The position numbers and the translations under genes were made by a program. DNA of 32,000 nucleotides, taken from contig SUPR01000020.1 of the NCBI GenBank assembly GCA_005191425.1, positions 1 through 32,000 on the forward strand, read 5' to 3'. The notes under the pieces were generated by a model. The model had not been told where the DNA came from. It saw nothing but the letters and a program-made list of their open reading frames with translations, and ran no database searches. Numbering within the stretch: position 1 is the first letter of the stretch; each line of letters begins with the position of its first letter. Origin of the DNA: Candidatus Helarchaeota ASGARD archaeon Hel_GB_B (GTDB taxonomy: Archaea; Asgardarchaeota; Lokiarchaeia; Helarchaeales; HEL-GB-B). Positions 1-9,406 of the stretch are shown one piece after another.

Positions 1-2
1 TA

Positions 3-86
3 AAAAAAGCAGTCCCGAAAGCTTTTGATAAAGTGGACGGGATAGAGGCGTTTGGGGTCACGCCAGTATCTGTTCGTATTGAATAG
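3..86 (+). CDS. 3' end of a gene that starts before the window (…KKAVPKAFDKVDGIEAFGVTPVSVRIE*), product unknown
   Basis: Frame 3 is open from the window edge to TAG at 84-86. GC is higher than in the AT-rich intergenic DNA that follows. Confidence 0.55.
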   Translation, partial: KKAVPKAFDKVDGIEAFGVTPVSVRIE

Positions 87-661
87 ATATAAAATTTATT
101 CTCCTATTATTAGCATAGGAAAATGAATAAACCCTCTATTACTAATTTAAGGTGATTTTTTTATAGCTTTATCACTTAATTTTTTTTTGAATCAATTCTC
201 TTATTACTTTTTTAACTCTGAAACTCAACAAATTTAATATGATTTTATAAATTAACCCTTAAAATTGGCGCGATCTTTTTTTTACATTCTTTAATTATAT
301 TAGAAATTAAAATTTTTTATTTATATGCAAGATCTTCAAAATTTTAATTAGTAATCTTTTAACAAACATGTTTTTAATTTTAGATTCTTTTAATAGCAAA
401 AAATCATATAATCTTTTTAAGTAGAAATAATAAATTATTTTTCAAATTCATCTGAATTTTTTTTTTATGATGTAAAAATCATTTATTGATAATAACTTCG
501 AAAAACTTAAAAAATGATTATGTATAAAATATTATAAGCAATAGAAAAATAAAGCAAAATAAATAGATTCAATAATTTCTTTTTTTCAGAAATAATTGAT
601 TAATTATTTATTTACTATTTTTTCTATTCGCCCTTAAAATAGTTAATGGAAGTAAATTAAA

Positions 662-1123
662 TTGAATGAAGAATTAGAATTTACGACTATTGATACCTTA
701 AACCCAAGGTCACGTAATATTAATATAAAAGTAAAGGTAATATCTAAAGGTGATGAACGGACGGTAATGTCTAGGAAAGATAATTCAGACCATAGAGTTT
801 GTAATGTCCTAGTTGGAGACGATACGGCAGTTATGAATTTGGTTTTATGGGATAATAAAATTGATGAAATTGAAGAAGATAAAACTTATGAAATAACAAA
901 TAGTTATGTCACAATCTTCAATAATTCAATGCAGATATCCCTTGGAAGATATGGAAATATCCAAGAAACCGAGTTAGACATCACTCCAAATACCGAAAAC
1001 AATGTTTCAGATAAAGTAGTAGAACGCCAGAGATATTCTCGTAGTGGCGGCTATTCACGTGGCGGAAGTAGTTATTCACGTGGCGGCGGTAGGTCATATA
1101 ATCGTAATAAGCGAAGATATTAA
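662..1123 (+). CDS. ssb: Single-stranded DNA-binding protein, single OB fold (crenarchaeal SSB/RPA-like), with an RGG-rich tail
   Basis: OB-fold pattern INIKVKVISKG…VLVGDDTAVMNLVLWD…YEITNSYV…LGRYG, then a low-complexity R/G/S/Y tail. TTG start. Confidence 0.85.
   Translation: MNEELEFTTIDTLNPRSRNINIKVKVISKGDERTVMSRKDNSDHRVCNVLVGDDTAVMNLVLWDNKIDEIEEDKTYEITNSYVTIFNNSMQISLGRYGNIQETELDITPNTENNVSDKVVERQRYSRSGGYSRGGSSYSRGGGRSYNRNKRRY
1034..1093 (+). repeat. Coding tandem repeat, YSR(S)GG x3
   Basis: Units at 1034-1051, 1052-1072 and 1073-1093. The 14-mer tattcacgtggcgg is identical at 1052-1065 and 1073-1086. Confidence 0.85.
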
Positions 1124-1475
1124 ATAGTAATAAATAAAAACGCAATTTTAGAGAAATTTTTGGTAGAATTATCTATCAATTTTGTTTTTCTTTTCCTATT
1201 TTTATTCTATAGATATTTTTTTATAAAATTCGTAGAATACTTTTTTTCTCTTAATTAAAATCAAATTGGTATCTGATATTAAGCTCAATTTAAATTTTTG
1301 ATGTTAATTTTCAATAAGAATAGATTTAAATTTAAAACGACTATAAACAAATAATAAAAATTAATTAAGAATAAATATCGAGGAAACTTTATTTATAATA
1401 ATTGTTAAGAAATAAGAAACCTATCTTTATTCTAAAATTATATTTGAAATTAATTTAAATTATGGAAATTAGGTC

Positions 1476-1781
1476 ATGAAAATAAATAAAAAGATCCTGA
1501 TTATGGCATTTTTATTTATCACTGTATTTTTATTAAGTGTAATTTCTTTTAGAACAATTTCAAACCAAAATTATGGAAAACTTTCTTTTTTAGATCAAGA
1601 TAAGAGAAATATCATTGTTAAAAATAGTAATTTTAACATTTATGGAAATATATCGATTTACATTAGAGAAGCGGTAAGTTCAGAAGAAATTTATAAGTTA
1701 ATTTCGTACGATTTAAAAAATGCATTTGGATCAGCAGTAATAAAAAATTATTCAATGACATTAAAAAATAATTTTAAATAA
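1476..1781 (+). CDS. Small hypothetical protein with an N-terminal signal/TM helix; possibly a truncated secreted protein
   Basis: ATG start, basic N-terminus followed by a hydrophobic stretch (ILIMAFLFITVFLLSVISF). No recognisable domain. Confidence 0.5.
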   Translation: MKINKKILIMAFLFITVFLLSVISFRTISNQNYGKLSFLDQDKRNIIVKNSNFNIYGNISIYIREAVSSEEIYKLISYDLKNAFGSAVIKNYSMTLKNNFK

Positions 1782-1841
1782 TATTTGTAAATCTAAAAAA
1801 TTCTGGGAAATTAATAAAAATGATATTTATTGTAAAAAAAA

Positions 1842-2315
1842 TCAATTTTTAATTTTAGCAGAATCTGTAATGTCTATCGTATCATTCTCATCTTCAATCT
1901 CGATTTTTTTAACTATTTCAGGCTCTAATTTCCTGAGAATGATCTTTAAAATTCCCTTCTTTAAAACAGCTTTAATATCATCGGTATCCACGCCATTGGG
2001 AATATCTATTTCTCTATCAAAGTTGGAATAAACTCGCTCTTTATAAATATAATTATAATTTTCTGAAAAATCTTTATTAGATGTTATACGCATTATATTT
2101 TCATCAATAGTTATTTCAATATCTTTTTTATCAAAACCTGGAGTATCTAAAATATACTCAAATCGGTCTGGAAACTCAATTATATTTAAAGATGGCTTGT
2201 AATAATATTGATTTTTTGGAGCCGCTAATTCTGGAAATAAATCATCAAAAAAGTCTTCAAAAAATTTTTCGGGTTTCCAAAAAGGTCTTTTAAATACCAA
2301 GGTTATCACCTCCAT
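1842..2315 (-). CDS. hsp20: Small heat-shock protein (Hsp20/alpha-crystallin); the true start may be TTG at 2300
   Basis: FW…FF.DFF N-terminus, then PSLNIIE…LDTPGFDKKDIEI…YKER.YSNF.REI.IP…IKAVLKKGILKI. GAGGTGAT at 2312-2305 lies 4 nt before an in-frame TTG at 2300. Confidence 0.9.
   Translation of the reverse strand: MEVITLVFKRPFWKPEKFFEDFFDDLFPELAAPKNQYYYKPSLNIIEFPDRFEYILDTPGFDKKDIEITIDENIMRITSNKDFSENYNYIYKERVYSNFDREIDIPNGVDTDDIKAVLKKGILKIILRKLEPEIVKKIEIEDENDTIDITDSAKIKN
2305..2312 (-). promoter_or_regulatory. Shine-Dalgarno GAGGTGAT for the downstream hsp20
   Basis: Matches the archaeal anti-SD complement and is identical to the site at 2807-2814. Confidence 0.65.
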
Positions 2316-2372
2316 TAAAATTACGCTGAATAAGAAAAAAAATAGTTTAAAAGTTTAATTTCAGACCCAAAA

Positions 2373-2801
2373 TTAATCAATCTTGATACTTTTCTTTGGC
2401 TCAGGTTCTTTTTTCTCAATTTCGATTTTAAGCAGCCCTTTTTCCATAGAAGCTTTGATTTTATCTGGGTTTGCATTTTCAGGTAATCTGAATTGTCTCT
2501 TGAAAGATTGATAACTTCTTTCTTTATAGATATAGTGTCCTTCCTTATCTTTTTCCTCCTTTTTAGTCTCTTTCTCGGACTGAATAGTTAATACGTCCTT
2601 ATGAAGTTCGATTTTAATATCCGATTTATCTAAACCTGGGACTTCTGCAATTATCTCATAATTTTTCTCCAACTCTTTTATATCGACCTTTGGAAAAATT
2701 CCTTCACTACCCATGGATAAAGGACTCGAAAGAAAATCATCAAAAAATTTATCTAAATTAAAAAGACGATATGGATCAAATTTTCTTCGTTCTATTGACA
2801 C
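2373..2801 (-). CDS. hsp20: Small heat-shock protein (Hsp20/alpha-crystallin)
   Basis: PKVDIKE…EIIAEVPGLDKSDIKI…YKERSYQSFKRQFRLPENANPDKIKASMEKGLLKI and a C-terminal IxI motif (SIKID). GTG start. Confidence 0.95.
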   Translation of the reverse strand: MSIERRKFDPYRLFNLDKFFDDFLSSPLSMGSEGIFPKVDIKELEKNYEIIAEVPGLDKSDIKIELHKDVLTIQSEKETKKEEKDKEGHYIYKERSYQSFKRQFRLPENANPDKIKASMEKGLLKIEIEKKEPEPKKSIKID

Positions 2802-2806
2802 TTCAT

Positions 2807-2814
2807 ATCACCTC
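2807..2814 (-). promoter_or_regulatory. Shine-Dalgarno GAGGTGAT for the upstream hsp20
   Basis: 5 nt before the GTG start at 2801. Confidence 0.7.
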
Positions 2815-2857
2815 AAATCGTAATTTTTTATTGACAAAAGTTTGGTTTTTTCAATTT

Positions 2858-2872
2858 TATATAAACATTTAT
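2858..2872 (-). promoter_or_regulatory. Candidate BRE/TATA box (ataaatg-TTTATATA) of the hsp20 pair
   Basis: TTTATATA at 2865-2858, about 57 nt upstream of the start codon. Weak evidence, because the background is extremely AT-rich. Confidence 0.3.
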
Positions 2873-3251
2873 GAGAATATTATAAACACATAATTTCACT
2901 ACATTGTGTGACTATAAAGATACAATTATATTTAAATTTTTCGATTAAATAATTATAAGATAACTCTAATTTATCAATTAAATTAATAATAAATTTTATA
3001 ATTTCAATCTTTTTTTTAAAAATATTAAACAAAATTTCCATTATTTTTTTGCTCTAAATTTTTATTTTAATATATTTATTTATATTTTATAAAAAAATTG
3101 GCTTATTTTTTGATTGAAATTAAAAAAATGCATTTAAAATTTTGGAGTAAAACTTAACAATTAAATTAACGATCAATTTTAATTAGATTTTAAATAAATG
3201 AATAGAATGGAAATAATAAATTAAAATAAATAAATAGACAAAAAATTTATA

Positions 3252-4232
3252 ATGAAAATTTACTGTTCTAAAAACTTTTTCGTTATTATGTTAATTGCAA
3301 TTGGTTTAATATTTTTAATATTATTTTTACCGTTAGATATACTTGAATTTCTATCAATAAATATAGTTGGAGGGCCACCAATTAATGGAAAAACATGGAT
3401 TGAAGGAGTATATGCAATAGGTGGGCCAATCTCTATGAGAATATTGGCTATTTTAGGTATATTAATAATATTATTAACAATTCCATTTATTTTAAAATTA
3501 TCAAAACCCAAATTAAGTGCTCGTAAAGTTAATAAATATGAATTATTTTTATTTTTTATTATTGCGTTTATATTTTTATTTATTAATTATGAAATTGGAT
3601 ATTCTTGGTGGGATTCAAATGCTTTTTTGGGAATGGGTCCACTGTTTTTTCAATCTATAATCAGTTTGATAGTATTGGGTTTATCACCCTTTTTTATAAA
3701 GAAGATTTTTAAATTGAAAAGCAGTGATTTTTTTTCATCTAAGGAGAATCTCAAGTCCAATTCAATAGTAGTGATAATAATTGCATTTGGATATGGTTTA
3801 ATTTCATTATTATGGCATTGTTGTTCTTTTTACAGTTATAAAATGTTTTTCTTTTTCTTTATTATTAAATTAATTCAGTTATGGGGCATTTGTAGCTTCT
3901 TTTATCAATGGAGTTTAAACATGTTGTTGAATATAATTAAAGATTGGAAGGCATATACTATTATTTCCATATTATTTGGCTTATGTTATCCTTGGCATAC
4001 ATTTGGATTTGCAATTACGTTTATATTTTTCGGGTTTTTAATCAGTTATTTAACAAGAAAAACAAAATCTTATTACACCGGGTTAATTTTATAATATTTT
4101 GCATATATATTCCATGCAGGATTAGCATGGAATGGTTCATTTATTACATTTTCATTAATTTATCCAATTACAATTGTTATCTGCTTGATAACCATATTTT
4201 ACAGTTCAAGGGGCATATTATTTAAAAAATAA
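3252..4232 (+). pseudogene. CPBP (CAAX protease/Abi)-like multi-pass membrane protein interrupted by one in-frame TAA at 4092-4094
   Basis: The ORF runs 3252-4094, and the same frame stays open for 45 hydrophobic codons (YFAYIFHAGLAW…GILFKK) to TAA 4230-4232. ILFGLCYPWH…FGFLISYLTRKTKSYYTGLIL resembles the CPBP C-terminal motifs, but the EExxxR motif is not evident. Confidence 0.6.
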
Positions 4233-4362
4233 TTATTTGAGATATAATTCGGAAAAAAATTATAAATTATTAGTTTTAAAGAATGATGTTGATTATTTAT
4301 TCAAGAAAAATTAACTGTTTAATGGATTTAAAAGAATAAGATTTACAAAAGGCCGAATTAAT

Positions 4363-5838
4363 ATGGATACCAAAAATTTTGATGCTATTGTAATAGGTTC
4401 TGGAATAGGAGGTAGTGCATGTGCTGCTTTATTAAGTGCCGAAGGCTTTAAAACATTAGTCTTAGAAAAAAATAAAGAAATAGGTGGGATGTGTTCATCA
4501 TACAAAAAACAAGGCTTTATTTTAGATTCTGCAATTCATGTATTTTCAAGTGGTATTAAGGGCAGATTTGGTAAAATAATGAAGAGAATTAAACTTGACA
4601 ACTTAAAATTTGTAAACATAACGGACAAAAATGCAATTAGGGCATTAAATCAAAAAGGTTATACAAAATTGGCAATGAGCCCTAATACAATAGAAAAAAA
4701 TAAGGGAGCAAATCTTAAAAATTCAGATAAAATTGACTTATCAGCCATGGGATTTGAGAAAGAAGATATGAAAGTATTTATAAGGATAATTGGAAATATC
4801 CTACAAACTTCAAGAAGGAAATTAAGGGAAATGCACGAACAGAAACTGAGTTTAGAGAGTTATTTAGACCAATTCAATCCTAGCAAAGGTGTAAAATCAC
4901 TCCTTGCATTTCTCACAGGGGGAATGTTTGGAATTTCTCCAAAGATGGCAAGTGCACCAGAATTTATTCAAGGATTAACCGAATGGATTGTTACCAATGA
5001 CCTCTCTTATCCTATTGGGGGCGCAGTTGCAGTACCTCATGCATTTTTGGATGGAGTCAAAAAATTTGATGGCGAAATATATACCAATACAAAGGTTTCT
5101 AAAATCTTGATCGAAAATGATAAGGTCATTGGGGTTCAATTAGTTGATGGTCAAATAATTTATTCTAATTTAATTATATCTAATGCAGGAATTAAACCAA
5201 CAGTTTTAAAATTGGTAGGAACAGAATATTTTACCTCTGATTATGTTGAAAAAGTAAAAAATTTAATTTCATCTTATTCAGCAATTACTTTTAAATTTGC
5301 ATTAAAAGAGCCAATAATTGAAAATTATGTTTTCGTCAATTTATATCATGGAGATTTAAGTGCTTTTGGAGAAAAAAAGCGACCGCCCAATAGTCCAAAA
5401 GCTACTGGATTTATGGTCATGATACCGACCAATGCGGATCCAAATCTAGCTCCGCGGGGCAATCAGATAGTTATTTTTGGGACGCTGGCCCCAACTCGTA
5501 AAAAAAATTGGGACAAATGGACTGATCATTATTATAATGAAATCCTTAAATTTTACCCGGATATTGAGGACAAAATGATTTTTGTAGATATTACAACACC
5601 TGAGGACTTGGCTGCTTTATCAGGGAAATCATTTGGTCCAATTGAAACTACAGCTCTGACACCAGAACAATCAGGTCCATATAGAATTTCATCTGAATTA
5701 CCGATTGAAGGGCTATATGTAGTCGGAGATACTGCAGGAACAAATACACATGGAATTGGGACTCAATTAGCAGCAGATAGTGCCTTAAAACTCGCTAAAT
5801 TAATAATACAAAAATACAAACCTAAAAGAAGGGAATAA
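4363..5838 (+). CDS. FAD-dependent oxidoreductase, phytoene desaturase family (COG1233-like)
   Basis: N-terminal IVIGSGIGG…LVLEKNKEIGG dinucleotide-binding motif, YPIGG, IISNAG, and C-terminal IEGLYVVGDT…G.G. Substrate unknown. Confidence 0.85.
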   Translation: MDTKNFDAIVIGSGIGGSACAALLSAEGFKTLVLEKNKEIGGMCSSYKKQGFILDSAIHVFSSGIKGRFGKIMKRIKLDNLKFVNITDKNAIRALNQKGYTKLAMSPNTIEKNKGANLKNSDKIDLSAMGFEKEDMKVFIRIIGNILQTSRRKLREMHEQKLSLESYLDQFNPSKGVKSLLAFLTGGMFGISPKMASAPEFIQGLTEWIVTNDLSYPIGGAVAVPHAFLDGVKKFDGEIYTNTKVSKILIENDKVIGVQLVDGQIIYSNLIISNAGIKPTVLKLVGTEYFTSDYVEKVKNLISSYSAITFKFALKEPIIENYVFVNLYHGDLSAFGEKKRPPNSPKATGFMVMIPTNADPNLAPRGNQIVIFGTLAPTRKKNWDKWTDHYYNEILKFYPDIEDKMIFVDITTPEDLAALSGKSFGPIETTALTPEQSGPYRISSELPIEGLYVVGDTAGTNTHGIGTQLAADSALKLAKLIIQKYKPKRRE

Positions 5839-5842
5839 TAGA

Positions 5843-6601
5843 CTGATTGAAATAATATCATGGAATGTAAATGGCATACGAGCTGCCATAAAAAAGGGTT
5901 TCTTAGCTTGGTTCAGAAAAAGGAACCCAGATATTTTATGCATACAAGAAACAAAGTCATCCCCATTAAATTTATTCTTCGACATGCCAGAACATGATGG
6001 ATATTGGCATACGGCAGAAAAAAAAGGATATAGCGGCGTCGCCACCTTCACTAAGATAAGTCCGATGTCCATAAAGAAAAAATTCGCCGGTAATGACATC
6101 GATAAAGAAGGACGATTTTTACAATTAGAATTTGAAAAATTCTATTTAATCAATCTTTATTTTCCAAACGCACAACGCGAACTTAAAAGATTAGAATATA
6201 AATTACATTTTAATAATAAATTATTAGAACATATCGAAAAATTGAAAAAGAAAGGTAAAGGAATTGTTATATGCGGCGATTTTAATGCTGCTCATAAAGA
6301 AATTGACCTGGCAAACCCTAAAAATAATCAAAATAATGCCGGCTTTTCTCCTAAAGAAAGAGAATTTATTACTGAATTAATTAAAAAAGGTTATATTGAT
6401 ACGTTCAGAGAATTTGATAAAAACCCTGGAAAATATACTTGGTGGTCTTATAGGTTTAATACGCGGGCTAAAAATATTGGTTGGAGAATTGATTATTTTT
6501 TTATCAATGAAGAATTTAGACATATTTTAAAATCTGCCTTTATATTAAATGATGTAATGGGGTCAGATCATTGTCCAATTGGAATAATTCTTAATATATA
6601 A
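5843..6601 (+). CDS. xth: Exodeoxyribonuclease III / AP endonuclease; probable non-canonical start (CTG 5843), upstream of the ATG at 5984
   Basis: In-frame SWNVNGIRA and DILCIQETK lie upstream of the ORF-track start. Also GYSGVA, YFPNA, ICGDFNAAH, GYIDTFR, YTWWSYR, GWRIDYF and GSDHCP. Confidence 0.92.
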   Translation: MIEIISWNVNGIRAAIKKGFLAWFRKRNPDILCIQETKSSPLNLFFDMPEHDGYWHTAEKKGYSGVATFTKISPMSIKKKFAGNDIDKEGRFLQLEFEKFYLINLYFPNAQRELKRLEYKLHFNNKLLEHIEKLKKKGKGIVICGDFNAAHKEIDLANPKNNQNNAGFSPKEREFITELIKKGYIDTFREFDKNPGKYTWWSYRFNTRAKNIGWRIDYFFINEEFRHILKSAFILNDVMGSDHCPIGIILNI

Positions 6602-6675
6602 AATAGAAATTAAAAAATTCAATAAAAATTAAAATAATGAAAAATTTAATGCAAAAAATAGTCTATTATTATTTT

Positions 6676-7251
6676 TTATTCATTTAAAATAGCTTCGACC
6701 ATTTCTACTAGTCTATTTGGATCAGCGCCTAAAAGTTGACTGTTATAATTGCCGTCTTTATCAAATAATAATAGAAAAGGTATTGCATTAACATTGAAAA
6801 TATTTGCGTAAGTCATATACAATTTATTACCGACTTCAGTTTCTGTATCGATTTGGAGGACATTTAAAGAATCGTTGTATTTTTCTTTGAGTTCATGTAC
6901 CGTTCTTCCAATAAATTTACAAGGAGCACACCATTCAGCCCAGAAATCTACAAGAGTAGGTTTGCCTTTTAAAGTTTTAATTGGGACTTCCTTTTTTGCT
7001 CTCTCTTGCTCAAGGCGCTCTTCAGCCTCTTTAATTTTTCTGTCCAACCCGCCTTCATCAAGAAATCTTTGGATACTCCTAATTTCGTTTTGTAATTCCT
7101 CAATTCTTTTTTCCAGCAATTTTTCTTTTTTTGCTCTTTTCAATTCGTTTAATTCGCTTTCAATAGAACTCGCACTATTTGTTTGTAATCGATATAAATT
7201 CTCTTCTATTGGTTTTATATTAATATCTTGTCTCGTCATGATATTTACCAT
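6676..7251 (-). CDS. Thioredoxin-family protein with an N-terminal coiled-coil extension
   Basis: VDFWAEWCAPCK active site and a cis-Pro AIP motif. The first ~90 aa are E/K/L/R-rich and helical. The start may be ATG 7239. Confidence 0.88.
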   Translation of the reverse strand: MVNIMTRQDINIKPIEENLYRLQTNSASSIESELNELKRAKKEKLLEKRIEELQNEIRSIQRFLDEGGLDRKIKEAEERLEQERAKKEVPIKTLKGKPTLVDFWAEWCAPCKFIGRTVHELKEKYNDSLNVLQIDTETEVGNKLYMTYANIFNVNAIPFLLLFDKDGNYNSQLLGADPNRLVEMVEAILNE

Positions 7252-7815
7252 TCTTTTATTTAGTGGGTTTTTTTATAATTCTCAATTTTTTAAATATTGC
7301 TCTAAATATTTCCTATAAATTTTCGGAGCAAATGTTCCTAATCAAGTCTTCATTATTTAAAAATTTATATATTTTGAAATTTTTGCATATTTTTTTATTA
7401 GAAAAAGTATGAATTTTGAGAAATTAAACTTTAGACTTTAAATTGGCGTCAAACTCTAATAATTTAAATAAATGAATTGTTAGACATGCTAATAATATTC
7501 GGCATTCGGCATAGGATTTTAAATTAATAATTATATTATGGAACAATTATAGAAACTTACATGTAGCAGAATAAAAGTTAAATATAAAAAACTCAAGCTA
7601 AACTGCTCTATTTTTTTGGAGTTAATAAACCTTTTAAAATGATCAAGTCCCAAGGAAAAAACCGGCTAAGATATAGCTTTCAATTTGTAAGTTCGTTTGT
7701 CATATTTTTGTAAAAGTTTAATTTATAAAGTTTGAAATTATTGTCTTCAATCTAGCCATGGAAATTGAAAATTATTTTGAAAAATTGATTTTAAGACATT
7801 AAATTAGATTTTAAA

Positions 7816-8889
7816 TTAAAGAATTTTGCCACGAGCACTTATTTCCCATCTATCAATTATCTCATCATTTTCAATTATTGTAAAAAAGTCATATAAATTT
7901 ACAGTCGGGCATATATGTGGGGGAATTGCTTGGATTTTATTACCAATTTTTAGTTCAATTTCTTTATAAGATATTTGACAATGTTCTTCAGTTATTAATT
8001 GAGCTTTTATTTTATTTGACTCAATAAATTTTGGATAACCATCTAAATACACGCTTTTAGAGCCCATATCTAAAGTAGCCATTCGTTTAGAAGGCATACT
8101 TATAACTGTTGTTAAAATGGTCAATGCAATTTCAAATTCGGGAACAATTGGTGCATAATGATGATCCATAAACACATAAGTACCAGGTTGTATTTCTGTT
8201 ATTCCTGGATATTTTCCAGTATACTTATAAGTAGGAGTTCCACCTGCACTAATTATTGAAATATCAAGCCCTTCATTTTCAAAAAGTTCTTTTGTGTCAA
8301 TAACGAGTTTCATACATTTGTTAGTTTCAATTTTTCTGTTTTCTTCCTCTTTAATAAAGCTTAAATGTCCTTCATAAGCCATTAATCCTTTTAAATTTAA
8401 AAATGGGGATTTATCGACTAACCTTCCCAATTGAAGGGCAGGTTTACCGGGTTTAACCCCTGTCCTACCAAGCCCAACATCGATATCTATTAAAATATTT
8501 AATTCTGTATTATATTTCTGACTCAATCTATCTAAATCTTTTATATTTTTTTCTGAATCAACAGCTACTATTATTGTTTTACTTTTAGCCAGGCCAAGCA
8601 TTCTTACAATTTTCTCTTCTGAGACTATTTCATTTGCTATTAAGATATTATCAAAACCATTTTTAGCGAATACTTCAGCTTCTGAAACTTTTGCAACGGT
8701 GATTCCATTAGCTCCAGCTTTTAACTGCATTTGACCAATAGTTGGACATTTATGAGTTTTAACATGTGGCCTTAAATTAATAGAATTTTCTTTTGCAAAA
8801 TTAGCCATGAGTTTTATGTTATATTCCAACTTTTTCTTATCTATAATTAATGCTGGAGTCGAAATTTTATTTTTTAACTTTTCATCCAT
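7816..8889 (-). CDS. Fold-type III PLP enzyme, DSD1/D-threonine aldolase family
   Basis: TPALIID, LRPHVKTHKC (PLP lysine), DIDVGLGRTG, GLMAYEGH, SAGGTPTY, EIQPGTYVFMD, EEH, PPHICPTVNL. Confidence 0.9.
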   Translation of the reverse strand: MDEKLKNKISTPALIIDKKKLEYNIKLMANFAKENSINLRPHVKTHKCPTIGQMQLKAGANGITVAKVSEAEVFAKNGFDNILIANEIVSEEKIVRMLGLAKSKTIIVAVDSEKNIKDLDRLSQKYNTELNILIDIDVGLGRTGVKPGKPALQLGRLVDKSPFLNLKGLMAYEGHLSFIKEEENRKIETNKCMKLVIDTKELFENEGLDISIISAGGTPTYKYTGKYPGITEIQPGTYVFMDHHYAPIVPEFEIALTILTTVISMPSKRMATLDMGSKSVYLDGYPKFIESNKIKAQLITEEHCQISYKEIELKIGNKIQAIPPHICPTVNLYDFFTIIENDEIIDRWEISARGKIL

Positions 8890-9406
8890 AGTTGGTCCCT
8901 TGATTAAAATTTCTAAATGTAATATATAATTAAAAAAATAGTTTAGAGATAAATCTTTGGGTTTAAAAGATATTATAATTTATATCGTTATCTTAAAATT
9001 AGAAAAAAATCGTATAGAATTAAATTAAATCAGCTCATTTGTGTAATACTTTTCAATTTATTTGAATTTGCTTTTAATTTAATACAATCTAAATAAATGT
9101 TTAAGAAAAAATCTCATCATAACGGAATGATACCGATAAATTATTAAATATATATAACATCGAGAAAGTTAATTTTGAATATTTAGGATTTATTGAATAA
9201 ATCTATAAGATGTTTAATAATATAATTTAATAACAACAATAAAACAAAAAAAAAAATTCAATTTTACATCAATTATTCAATTATATTCTCGAATTTTATC
9301 TGGTTTAATTCTTTATTTTTTAATTTATGTTCAAAAAGTTATTAATACCCAATGTTCAAAAATAGATTTTAAAAAAATTTATATTTAGAAATAATATACT
9401 TAGTTT

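Noticed and set aside
87-661. Replication origin in the long AT-rich spacers (also 2820-3250 and 8890-9406)
   Set aside because: There are no ORB-like repeats with G-strings and no orc1/cdc6 neighbour. The AT level is typical of intergenic DNA here.
4363-5838. Carotenoid or squalene pathway linked to the isoprenoid cluster
   Set aside because: No phytoene or squalene synthase or cyclase is in the window, unrelated genes intervene, and this family has many other substrates.
7320-7815. Decayed gene or ncRNA in the trx-DSD1 intergenic region
   Set aside because: All frames examined close quickly, and I saw no recognisable motif or stable structure.
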